DNA of 32,000 nt, from the sequence record OZ298074.1; one strand, given 5' to 3'. Positions 1 to 7,776 of the stretch are shown one piece after another. The position numbers and the translations under genes are program-made. The stretch's first letter is position 1; the number at the start of each line of letters is the position of its first letter. The notes beneath the pieces are model-generated. The model did not search any database, had not been told where the DNA came from, and saw only the letters and a list, made by a program, of their open reading frames with translations.

Positions 1-598
1 TTTTATTCTACAAATAAAAAATAAAGAGGAGCTAATCATTAAAGAAAGTTAAACTATTAGTTATGATGGATTGTCATCTGTAACTCGGTGACATGAAAAA
101 GGAATTTCGAGTAATCGTTGATCATTACGCAACGGTGAAGCCCGCATTTAAGATGAACTAACCGTCTGTCACTGGGAAGGAGTTTAAATTGAAGGAAATT
201 TAGATGAATATTAACTTTTACATTATTTCTTCTTATCTTAAAGAAGATGTTAACAATTATAATTTATTTAATTGTTGGTACAATATTTTGTATTTATTAT
301 ATAAAATTATTGTATAGTTTAGGGTTAGATTACTAAAATTTAGGAATGTTATTTATTGCTTTTAGTAACATTTGTGCTATAATATTAATTTATATTAGTT
401 ACATAATATAAAATTATAGTAATAATTTAATTGAAGTAAATATAATATATAATTATTATCCTTATTAAACGATTTTGTTAAGTTAATTTAATCTCTGTGA
501 ATTCATTTAAGCAACATCTCAAAAGTCATAGCAAGGTAGCCGTACTGGAAAGTGCTGCTGTATAATAAAACGCTAAGTTTATAACCCCCCCCCCCTCC
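1..598 (+). rRNA. rns: 3' portion of mitochondrial small-subunit rRNA (the window starts inside the gene)
   Basis: Universal SSU 3'-domain strings are present. ccgtctgtcac (162-172) matches bacterial CCCGTCACAC at the base of h44. aagtcatagcaaggtagccgtactggaaagtgctgctg (about 523-560) matches AAGTCGTAACAAGGTAACCGTAGGGGAACCTGCGG. About 300 nt of nearly pure A/T lies between them, consistent with an expanded h44. The conserved core ends near 566. I extend the feature to the C-run at 585-598, taken as the 3' tag. Confidence 0.85.
585..598 (+). promoter_or_regulatory. C-rich 3' tag downstream of rns (CCCCCCCCCCCTCC)
   Basis: An 11-C run followed by TCC, about 20 nt after the conserved rns 3' core. 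It has the same CCCTCC core as the tags after the protein genes. Confidence 0.6.
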
Positions 599-724
599 AT
601 TATTTAAAATTTTAATAAAATATATTTAAATTTTGCAAAAATATTAATTTTTATGTTATAAAATAAATTTAAAAAAATCCTATTTATTTAATTAAAATAA
701 TTTATATAATAATAATCTAAAAAG

Positions 725-795
725 GGGAGTTAGCTGAGTGGTTTAGCAGTAAATTTACACTTTACAGACAGAGTTTCGATTACTCTACTCCCTAT
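725..795 (+). tRNA. trnV: tRNA-Val (anticodon UAC)
   Basis: Hand-folded cloverleaf. Acceptor GGGGAGT/ACTCCCT, D stem GCTG/TAGC, anticodon stem GTAAA/TTTAC with loop TTTACAC, T arm AGAGT-TTCGATT-ACTCT. Confidence 0.85.
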
Positions 796-958
796 ACGTT
801 TTATATTAGTGTGTAATACCACAAAAAGGATATATTTTCTTTTTACCCTTTTGATTTTTATAGCATATAATGCAAATTTAAAAGAGTGTTAAATTATACA
901 CATAATTTTGTAAACGTTTAAAGTTGTTAAGGTTAAATTTAAAAATCTAAGAATATAT

Positions 959-1216
959 ATGAAAAGATTTAAATTTTTTAATTATAATTTACCTATAACC
1001 TTTTGTTATAAATATTTTGGTGAATTAATAAAACAAGAAAATAACAAATATGTTGTTAAACTAAAAGGATCTTATATTAGTACAATATTAGAGTTTATAT
1101 ATACCTCCCACAATAAAGAATATTTAATTTCTATTGCTTTAGTTTTTATTAAGGTTTACTCCTTAACTGCTGCTTTAGCTATTTGTGTTGTGTTATTTTC
1201 TTTTTATGGGAGTTAA
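959..1216 (+). CDS. Short orphan ORF (85 aa), hydrophobic C-terminus, no recognisable family
   Basis: Supported only by the ORF track. There are no conserved motifs and no downstream C-rich tag. It could be a chance ORF. Confidence 0.2.
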   Translation: MKRFKFFNYNLPITFCYKYFGELIKQENNKYVVKLKGSYISTILEFIYTSHNKEYLISIALVFIKVYSLTAALAICVVLFSFYGS

Positions 1217-1332
1217 GCCCAATAAATCAATATTTGTTTTAGGGGGCAATATGGGAGCATAGCCTAACTTTGTATACAAATACACAACAACTAATCGAGG
1301 CTGAATTCTAAAAATATATATATAACAATAGA

Positions 1333-1338
1333 GGAGGG
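1333..1338 (-). promoter_or_regulatory. C-rich tag (CCCTCC on the minus strand), 14 nt downstream of the minus-strand ORF ending at 1352
   Basis: The + strand reads gaggagggag at 1331-1340, which is ctccctcctc on the minus strand. Confidence 0.5.
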
Positions 1339-1351
1339 AGTTTTATTTAAA

Positions 1352-1906
1352 TTAGTCATTCCATGGACTATTTAAATCTTCAATTTCTTTGTTTAAATTT
1401 GCTTGCTGTTCAGAGATATCTTTACCAGCAATAAATTTAGAATCTTTATTAGATTTCCATTTATTTTCAATTTGGAAAAAAGAGAAAAATTTATTAGGAG
1501 ATGGTTTAGGAGTTTCCTCGTTATCTAATATTTCATCTGTGTTAATTTTTTCTAGAGTATTAATATTATCAGATTTACCTTCCTTTTTATCTTCTAAATC
1601 TTTTTCTTTCATAAAAATAGTATTGTAATATAAACCATCCTCTTCAGATAAATAATTTCCTAAAGGTGGACTTACATTAGAATCAATATTTCTACTCTCT
1701 TTAATTTCATTAATTCTATCTTCCATTGTTTTATTAGAATTATTTTCAATATTATTTTCATTTTTAGTATTATCTTCCTCAATATTATTATCATCTTGAG
1801 TATTATCTTTTGTATTTGAATTATCTATTTTAGCTAAATTATTAGAAGCTTCTTGTATGTCAGCTTCAGTAATTGAATTAACAGTAAATTCATTACAATA
1901 TTTCAT
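1352..1906 (-). CDS. Orphan ORF (184 aa), Asn/Asp/Glu-rich and low complexity; probably the C-terminal part of a longer 407-codon frame
   Basis: ORF track. It is in the same frame as ORF 2045..2575, and the stretch between them is stop-free. A C-rich tag follows directly downstream. Confidence 0.4.
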   Translation of the reverse strand: MKYCNEFTVNSITEADIQEASNNLAKIDNSNTKDNTQDDNNIEEDNTKNENNIENNSNKTMEDRINEIKESRNIDSNVSPPLGNYLSEEDGLYYNTIFMKEKDLEDKKEGKSDNINTLEKINTDEILDNEETPKPSPNKFFSFFQIENKWKSNKDSKFIAGKDISEQQANLNKEIEDLNSPWND

Positions 1907-2044
1907 AAATTCTTTAAATAATATGAATTGTATAAATTTAAAAGATAAATCTGGTGTAATACTATGGTGAATATAAGAATTAAAAAATTCATTAACAATT
2001 TCATTAAAATTATCATCATTAATATAATATTTAAATGTTAAAGT

Positions 2045-2575
2045 TCAAATTATTGTTAATGTTAAAAATAATAATGGTTTTATAGATGGATTAACAGGAT
2101 TATCTAGATTATCAGATAATTCTTTAGATTCACTTTTCTCTAAAGTTGAATTAATAAATGTATCATTAAAATCAATACTACAATAATCATCTTTTTCTAC
2201 TTTACCTTTAATTCTATTGATAATTAATTTAATAAAGTTTTGTATTTTATTAAATAAATCTTCAATTTTTCTAGGTAAATTATCAATAATATTAGATAAA
2301 TCACTTAATTTAAAATCAAAGTATAAATAAGTAAAATCAAAGGTAGTAATTCCAATTAATATATAAACAATAATTTTATATATTCTCGATAATATTTTAA
2401 ATATTAAAGTATTCTTTAATTTATTAATAAAATTAAATAGATAATTAGAAATTAGCTTTATAATATAAAATTTTAATACTTGTTTAAGTATTATATTTCT
2501 AAGGGATTCAAATTTAACCACAGAATTATATAGGAATATAGCGAAAATTTTTATCAATTTGATCATTTGTAACAT
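2045..2575 (-). CDS. Orphan ORF (176 aa) ending in TGA; N-terminal part of the 407-codon frame
   Basis: ORF track. The stop at 2045-2047 reads tca on the + strand, which is TGA. The frame is continuous with 1352..1906. Confidence 0.4.
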   Translation of the reverse strand: MLQMIKLIKIFAIFLYNSVVKFESLRNIILKQVLKFYIIKLISNYLFNFINKLKNTLIFKILSRIYKIIVYILIGITTFDFTYLYFDFKLSDLSNIIDNLPRKIEDLFNKIQNFIKLIINRIKGKVEKDDYCSIDFNDTFINSTLEKSESKELSDNLDNPVNPSIKPLLFLTLTII

Positions 2576-2615
2576 AATTTCATGTTTTCATTCACAATTT
2601 TAAACGCTAATAAAA

Positions 2616-2891
2616 TTATTCACCATTGGAATTAGATATATTTTCTAACTTAACTAGTTTAGAATTAACAAAATAATATTTTCTATTTTTAAATATTCTA
2701 TTAAAGGTAGTCAAATCATTTTTATTTTCAAATTCATCTTCAAAAGAATAAAGAATGACATCAGTATTAGTTTTAGCTATTATCTCACTTTTATTTTCAT
2801 AATATGTAAATTCTAATACTGTTCCTAAAGGTGAAGTTTTAATTTTAACAAAAATAACAAAAACAACAAAACAAAATATACACAATAACAT
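2616..2891 (-). CDS. Orphan ORF (91 aa) with a hydrophobic N-terminal segment
   Basis: ORF track. The N-terminal FCFVVFVIFV is encoded by an (A)nC repeat tract on the + strand, so part of the ORF may be a repeat artefact. Confidence 0.25.
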   Translation of the reverse strand: MLLCIFCFVVFVIFVKIKTSPLGTVLEFTYYENKSEIIAKTNTDVILYSFEDEFENKNDLTTFNRIFKNRKYYFVNSKLVKLENISNSNGE

Positions 2892-3033
2892 ACTAAAGAG
2901 ATTTTTATCAATTTATTTTCTATATAACAATTGATTATATAATTTAAGGTTTCATCTTTATAGTTAAATTATTGAAAATATTTTAATTAGAGGTGCAACA
3001 CAAAACAACAAACAACAAGGATTATATTTACTA

Positions 3034-3040
3034 GGAGGAG
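3034..3040 (-). promoter_or_regulatory. C-rich tag (CTCCTCC on the minus strand), 75 nt downstream of dpo copy 1
   Basis: The + strand reads ggaggag at 3034-3040. Confidence 0.4.
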
Positions 3041-3114
3041 AGCTTTGCGCTTATTTATCAGTGATTATATTATTAATTATTGTTAATGATTCAGTACTTA
3101 CTAATATATTATTT

Positions 3115-4370
3115 TTATAAAATTAAATTTCTTTTATTATCAGTTACTTTAAGAGTATATAATTGATCTTTAATGTGTATTGAACTATGTTCAATATTTT
3201 TATACCATTTATCATGAGGTAAACTTAAACTACTATTTTTATTTAGTAAAGATAATAATTCTTCAAATTTTACATTATTACTATTTTTAAAACCTTTTAT
3301 TTTAATGATACTTTGTTTTGAATCTTTAATTATACCACCATAAACTTTAGGTGCTAAAAAAACAGCTTTATCAAAAATTTGTTCTAATTTCATTCCATCT
3401 AATTTATTATGAATATATTTATTATCTAATTTTTTATTTATAGAATAAATACTATCAGTATCAGTATAAGCAATATCATAATTACCATTTTTATATTCAC
3501 TCATTATTATTCTAGAATAGGCTGTAATTGCTGATGTTATTCCAACTTAAATATTATATTCTGTATGATCATTAATAAATTTATCTTCATTTATATTATG
3601 ATAGCTTATTAAAAATAAATCTTCATCTAATTCTATAGTTTTTATTTTAGTTTTAGTTTCAATTAATTTATTTAATTTATCAGTATTAACAATTAAATGA
3701 TTTGCTAAATCATCAGTCATACCAAATTTACCATATAAAGAATTCATTAATAATTTAGCTATTAAATATAATGGACTAGATTTATCTGAAGATTGTTTTA
3801 TATTATGTAAAACAGAAACATAATTTATGAAAATATTTTGTTTCTCAAATAAATATCCTTCTAATATTTCATAATGATAACCATATTTTTAACATTAAAT
3901 AATTCTTCAGAAAAGAACCAAGCTGTAAAAGATCCTAAAGGAGATACTGTTCTATTATTATATCTAATTTGTAATATAGGATTAACTAGATATTTAGGAG
4001 TAGTAATCTTAACTTTAAAAAACCCCAAAGGATTTTTTATAATATTAAGGATATTACCTATAAAATATTTAATATTTCCTATAGGCATATCAAATTTTAA
4101 CATACTTGTAGGATATAAAGAATTTACATCATAATGATATAAATTTTTCTCATTATCTAATATAAATGCTTCAATCATTTTAGGTAATTCATTAAAATTA
4201 TCTAATATAAATACTTTTATATTTATATTAATTCTTCTACTATTCCTAAAAATATATTTTCCACTATAATCAAAATCTGGATGTTCTTTGTAAATCAAAA
4301 TAATTTTCATTCTGTTTATTTCGTTAATATTATGATTTACAACAAATTTATAAAAATATCTACTAAACAT
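3115..4370 (-). pseudogene. dpo: Linear-plasmid-type family-B DNA polymerase, polymerase domain only, disrupted (copy 1)
   Basis: Three colinear minus-strand ORFs carry the Pol-B motifs in order. Motif A is YHYDVNSLYPTSM (ORF 3861..4370). Motif B is KLLMNSLYGKFGM (ORF 3547..3747). Motif C is YTDTDS (ORF 3115..3504). They are separated by a 1-nt frameshift near 3880-3888 and by an in-frame TAA at 3547-3549. Weakly similar open sequence may extend to about 4530. Confidence 0.85.
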
Positions 4371-4573
4371 ATTAAGATTTTTTCATCTTTGATTTTAATA
4401 ATTTAGTTTTAAGTAAATTTGCTTCTAATAATTTAATCAAGTTAATTATTTTTTCAAGATAATTATCTTTAAGAACCCTATCTTTAATTGTATCAAACAA
4501 AGAACTATAAATCTTTGTACTAAGTTATAATTTAATTATTTATAATAATTTAATTTTTGTTTTTTGTATTTAT

Positions 4574-4647
4574 AACACCTTATTGGATTTGAACCAATAA
4601 TCACTTGCTTCGAAGGCAAAAGCTGTACCAAATTTAGCTAAAGATGT
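4574..4647 (-). tRNA. trnR: tRNA-Arg (anticodon UCG)
   Basis: Minus-strand cloverleaf. Acceptor ACATCTT/AAGGTGT, anticodon stem TTTGC/GCAAG with loop CTTCGAA, T arm ATTGG-TTCAAAT-CCAAT. Confidence 0.8.
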
Positions 4648-4695
4648 GAGTTTTAATTGAAATTAATATTATAGAATTTTATAGATAATATATAT

Positions 4696-4780
4696 TACGA
4701 GTAAAGAGATTTGAACTCTTACGTTAGAATTAACATGAGTTCCTAAGACTCATCCGGCTACCAAATTTCGGCATACTCGC
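4696..4780 (-). tRNA. trnL: tRNA-Leu (anticodon UAG), class II with long variable arm
   Basis: Minus strand. Acceptor GCGAGTA/TACTCGT, anticodon stem TGAGT/ACTCA with loop CTTAGGA, variable arm about 15 nt, T arm AAGAG-TTCAAAT-CTCTT. Confidence 0.85.
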
Positions 4781-4922
4781 TTAAATAAATTAATAATATT
4801 TAATAATTATAATAATTATAAAATATATATATGTAATTTTTGTTGTTGTTTTTGTTTTTTGAATTTTTAAATTTATAAAAATTTTATACACTGTTATAGA
4901 AAATATTAATATAAATTATTAA

Positions 4923-4996
4923 AGGGTTAATAAGGAATTGAACCTTCTTTATTAAACTTTGCAGGTTTACTACAGAACCATCTGTAAACTTAACCC
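4923..4996 (-). tRNA. trnC: tRNA-Cys (anticodon GCA)
   Basis: Minus strand. Acceptor GGGTTAA/TTAACCC, D stem TACAG/CTGTA, anticodon stem TAAAC/GTTTA with loop CTGCAAA, T loop TTCAATT. Confidence 0.8.
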
Positions 4997-5374
4997 GTTA
5001 AATTATTTTTTTTTTTTATTCTAAAATTTAATTATTATATAATAAAATTTAATATATGCAAATATATATAATAATAATTTTATTAAAATTTAAATTTTAG
5101 AAATATATACTTAAAATATATGAAATTTATATATATATGTCTAATAAACCTTCTTTTAAAAATTTAGAATATATAAAAGTATACTATAACAATAGACTAT
5201 AGGATTTTTAGATTACATAGTAATCTAATGTAATTTAAAGAAACTCTCATTATCTCATTAAAAGAAAAATATTTCACTTATATTATTCTTATGCTTATAG
5301 CAGAGATAGTTCTTTGAAAAAACTAAAAAACAAAAAAATTTTTATATAAGAACCTAAAACTTATAACCAAAAAA

Positions 5375-5533
5375 ATGCCTCAATTAATACCTTTTTACTT
5401 TATTAATCAATTATCATTTGCATTTTTAACTTTAATAACATTAATTTATATTTTCTCTAAATTTATTTTACCTTTATTTACATTTCAACAAGTTATAAGA
5501 TTATATATTACTAAATTAAGTAATAAATCTTAA
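5375..5533 (+). CDS. atp8: ATP synthase F0 subunit 8 (52 aa)
   Basis: My own translation, since the ORF is too short for the track: [52 protein letters not shown], then TAA. It has the canonical MPQLxPFYF N-terminus. Confidence 0.9.
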   Translation: MPQLIPFYFINQLSFAFLTLITLIYIFSKFILPLFTFQQVIRLYITKLSNKS

Positions 5534-5670
5534 TACTTTACTTCATAAAGTGTTATTTATAATCTATGTAAAAAATTTATAAATATTTTCATTTATTTTT
5601 ACTAATAATAAATATAATTTATTAATATCTTATTTATCTCGAAACATAAATTTATATATTCTTCTAATTT

Positions 5671-5676
5671 CCCTCC
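5671..5676 (+). promoter_or_regulatory. C-rich tag CCCTCC, 138 nt after the atp8 stop
   Basis: Context is tttccctccttaa. The CCCTCCTTA variant is shared with nad1 and cob. Confidence 0.55.
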
Positions 5677-5744
5677 TTAATTTATATGCAGATGGAAATT
5701 ATATTTTATTTAATCATTATATAAAAGAAATATTAATATTAAAT

Positions 5745-5817
5745 AAGAACATAGTATAATTGGTTAGTATCATGATCTCCAAAATCATTGGTAGGTGTTC
5801 GAATCACCTTGTTCTTG
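5745..5817 (+). tRNA. trnW: tRNA-Trp (anticodon CCA)
   Basis: Acceptor AAGAACA/TGTTCTT, anticodon stem ATGAT/ATCAT with loop CTCCAAA, T arm AGGTG-TTCGAAT-CACCT. Confidence 0.85.
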
Positions 5818-5933
5818 AGAATTGATACTTTATTGATTATAAATATTTTTGTTTTTTTGTTTTTAATATATAAATTTAAGTAAATTTAATAATATTTAAT
5901 ATTAATTAATAATTGTATTATATTTAGATTATT

Positions 5934-6006
5934 GGGTTCTTAGTCTAATAGGTAGGGCACCTAATTGTCGATTAGGTCGGTACCAGTTCGAATCTGGTAG
6001 AACTCG
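5934..6006 (+). tRNA. trnD: tRNA-Asp (anticodon GUC)
   Basis: Acceptor GGGTTCT/AGAACTC, anticodon stem CCTAA/TTAGG with loop TTGTCGA, T arm ACCAG-TTCGAAT-CTGGT. Confidence 0.9.
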
Positions 6007-6074
6007 AAACAAAACAAAACAAATAAAAAAGAAACAAAACAAAAAACAACACAACACAACAACAACAAAACAAA
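6007..6074 (+). repeat. Longest (A)nC / (CAA)n low-complexity tract in the window
   Basis: aaacaaaacaaaacaaataaaaaagaaacaaaacaaaaaacaacacaacacaacaacaacaaaacaaag, directly abutting the 3' end of trnD. Confidence 0.8.
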
Positions 6075-6141
6075 GTATAATCTGTTATATGGACGGTGTA
6101 TTTATTACTTATTAATATCTTGACTTAGCTTATTCTAAATT

Positions 6142-6147
6142 GGAGGG
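6142..6147 (-). promoter_or_regulatory. C-rich tag (TCCCTCCAAT on the minus strand), 138 nt downstream of dpo copy 2
   Basis: The + strand reads attggaggga. The minus-strand reading is identical to the CCCTCCAAT variant found after nad4, cox1 and atp6. Confidence 0.5.
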
Positions 6148-6284
6148 ATTTTTTGTTTTTTAATATGCTTAATTATTTTTTTATTTTTGCAATGAAACTT
6201 CCTGATCTAATTATAGTATTATTTTTCATTATTATTGGAGATGTTTGGGTTAAAGAAATATTTTTTGTCATTTATTTTTGTTTT

Positions 6285-7375
6285 TTAATAGATTAAACAT
6301 CTCTTATTATTAATAAGATTCAATTGATAGGGTCTACTTTCTAAAATTATTTTGGAATTAGATATATCTTTATACCATTTTAATGTTTCAATTTTAAATC
6401 CTTTTAAATAGGAATCTAATAAACTTATTATTTTTTCTTCACTTATTGATGATCTAAATGCTTTTTGCAATCCTCTAATTTTACTCCAATCAATTTGATT
6501 ATTTAATATTCCAATATAAAATTTATGAGATTAAAAAAATAAAATCTATTATAAATTTGAAATTCTCCATCTATTTTAGGATTTTTAATTTTTAAAAATC
6601 CAAATTTTAAAAGATTTACATATTTATTATCAAATATAACCTTATCTATATCACTATTGAAACTAATATATAAACTATCAGTATCGGTATAATGTAAATT
6701 ATAAGAAGGATTATTTTTATGTTTAGCCATAAGAATTCTACTATAAGCTGTTACTGCTGATGCAATTGAAATAGAGATATTAATATCTAAATTTTCTTGA
6801 TGATAGTTGGAATTAAAAATTTTAGGTAAATATTGTACAAATAATTTGTTTCCTAATTCTATAATATTTTCAATTTCAGCATTTTAATAAAATTTTTCTA
6901 TTTAAAATTCATCTTTATCAATTACAGCTGAATTAATTAAATATTGATCCATACCAAATCTACCGTATAAGCTGTTCATTAAATTTTTAGAAATCAGTCT
7001 CCAAATAGAATCTTTATTTTTATCAGCTTCAACTGTTATTTTATATATAACAATAACACATGTAATACTAAGTAAAAAGCTTAAAGTACAAGATTTTAAA
7101 AAATTAATTATTTTCATTTCATTCACAATTTTAAAATAATTTATCAACAGATCAAATTTTGATTGATTTTCTGTTAAATTCACAATTGAAATATCATCAA
7201 ATTCTAAAAATATAACAGAGATATAGAAATATGAAAATTATATTTATATATCAATGTTGTCCACTTTCATATTATTAATTTGGTTTTTAATATGTAAAGG
7301 TATATTAAACAATGATGATAGTCCTAAAACATCCCCATAGGTAAAGATATTAATGAACAGCAAGAAAATTTGAAA
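6285..7375 (-). pseudogene. dpo: Linear-plasmid-type family-B DNA polymerase, polymerase domain only, heavily disrupted (copy 2)
   Basis: Motif B is NLMNSLYGRFGM (ORF 6902..7183). ISIASAVTAYSRILM precedes YTDTDS, which is motif C (ORF 6503..6730). The C-terminal KWYKDISNSKIILESRPYQLNLINNKRCLIY (ORF 6285..6470) is paralogous to KWYKNIEHSSIHIKDQLYTLKVTDNKRNLIL in copy 1. There are several frameshifts and stops. Extension to about 7375 rests on a weak motif-A-like SLPMGMF / FNIPLHIK match in shifted frames. Confidence 0.75.
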
Positions 7376-7400
7376 AGAAAATTGAGGAAATAGATGAACC

Positions 7401-7760
7401 ATGAAAATAACTAATTTGAAACTTATTTTATTAAGAATTATATTATTAAGTATACTATTTTATTTTTTAACTTTAACTACTATTTATTGTTCAAGTGATT
7501 TAGAAATGCAAATTGTTAATCATTCTATTGAAAATGTTGTAAATTCTGAATTGAGTCCCTCCGGATTGTCGCCTGTTAAAGATTTTTTTGAAATAGAATT
7601 ATCTAATAATGTGAATACCTCCAGATTTAGTACTAACACCTCTTTATTAGAAGAAGTTAATACTCAATCTAATAATAATTGTATTAAATATAGTTTAATA
7701 GGAATATTAACAATATCAATAATTACAGCCTCAGTTATTATTATAAAACATTTTACTTAA
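7401..7760 (+). CDS. Orphan ORF (119 aa) with hydrophobic N- and C-terminal segments
   Basis: ORF track, ATG start, TAA stop. A C-rich tag lies 11 nt downstream. It also contains an internal CCCTCC at 7557-7562, which argues for caution. Confidence 0.3.
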   Translation: MKITNLKLILLRIILLSILFYFLTLTTIYCSSDLEMQIVNHSIENVVNSELSPSGLSPVKDFFEIELSNNVNTSRFSTNTSLLEEVNTQSNNNCIKYSLIGILTISIITASVIIIKHFT

Positions 7761-7770
7761 ACCAAAAATT

Positions 7771-7776
7771 CCTCCC
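7771..7776 (+). promoter_or_regulatory. C-rich tag (CCTCCC), 11 nt after the ORF119 stop
   Basis: Context is aaattcctcccaaat. Confidence 0.4.

Noticed and set aside
959-1216. ORF85 as a possible homing endonuclease (the NNKYVVKLKGSYIS stretch looks vaguely GIY-YIG-like).
   Set aside because: The GIY and YIG elements are not actually present, and there is no intron context. It is kept only as a low-confidence orphan ORF.
1389-1628. 79-aa + strand ORF.
   Set aside because: It is antisense to, and wholly inside, the longer minus-strand ORF 1352..1906, in low-complexity sequence.
3874-4134. 86-aa + strand ORF.
   Set aside because: It is antisense to the motif-A region of dpo copy 1. It is a shadow ORF.
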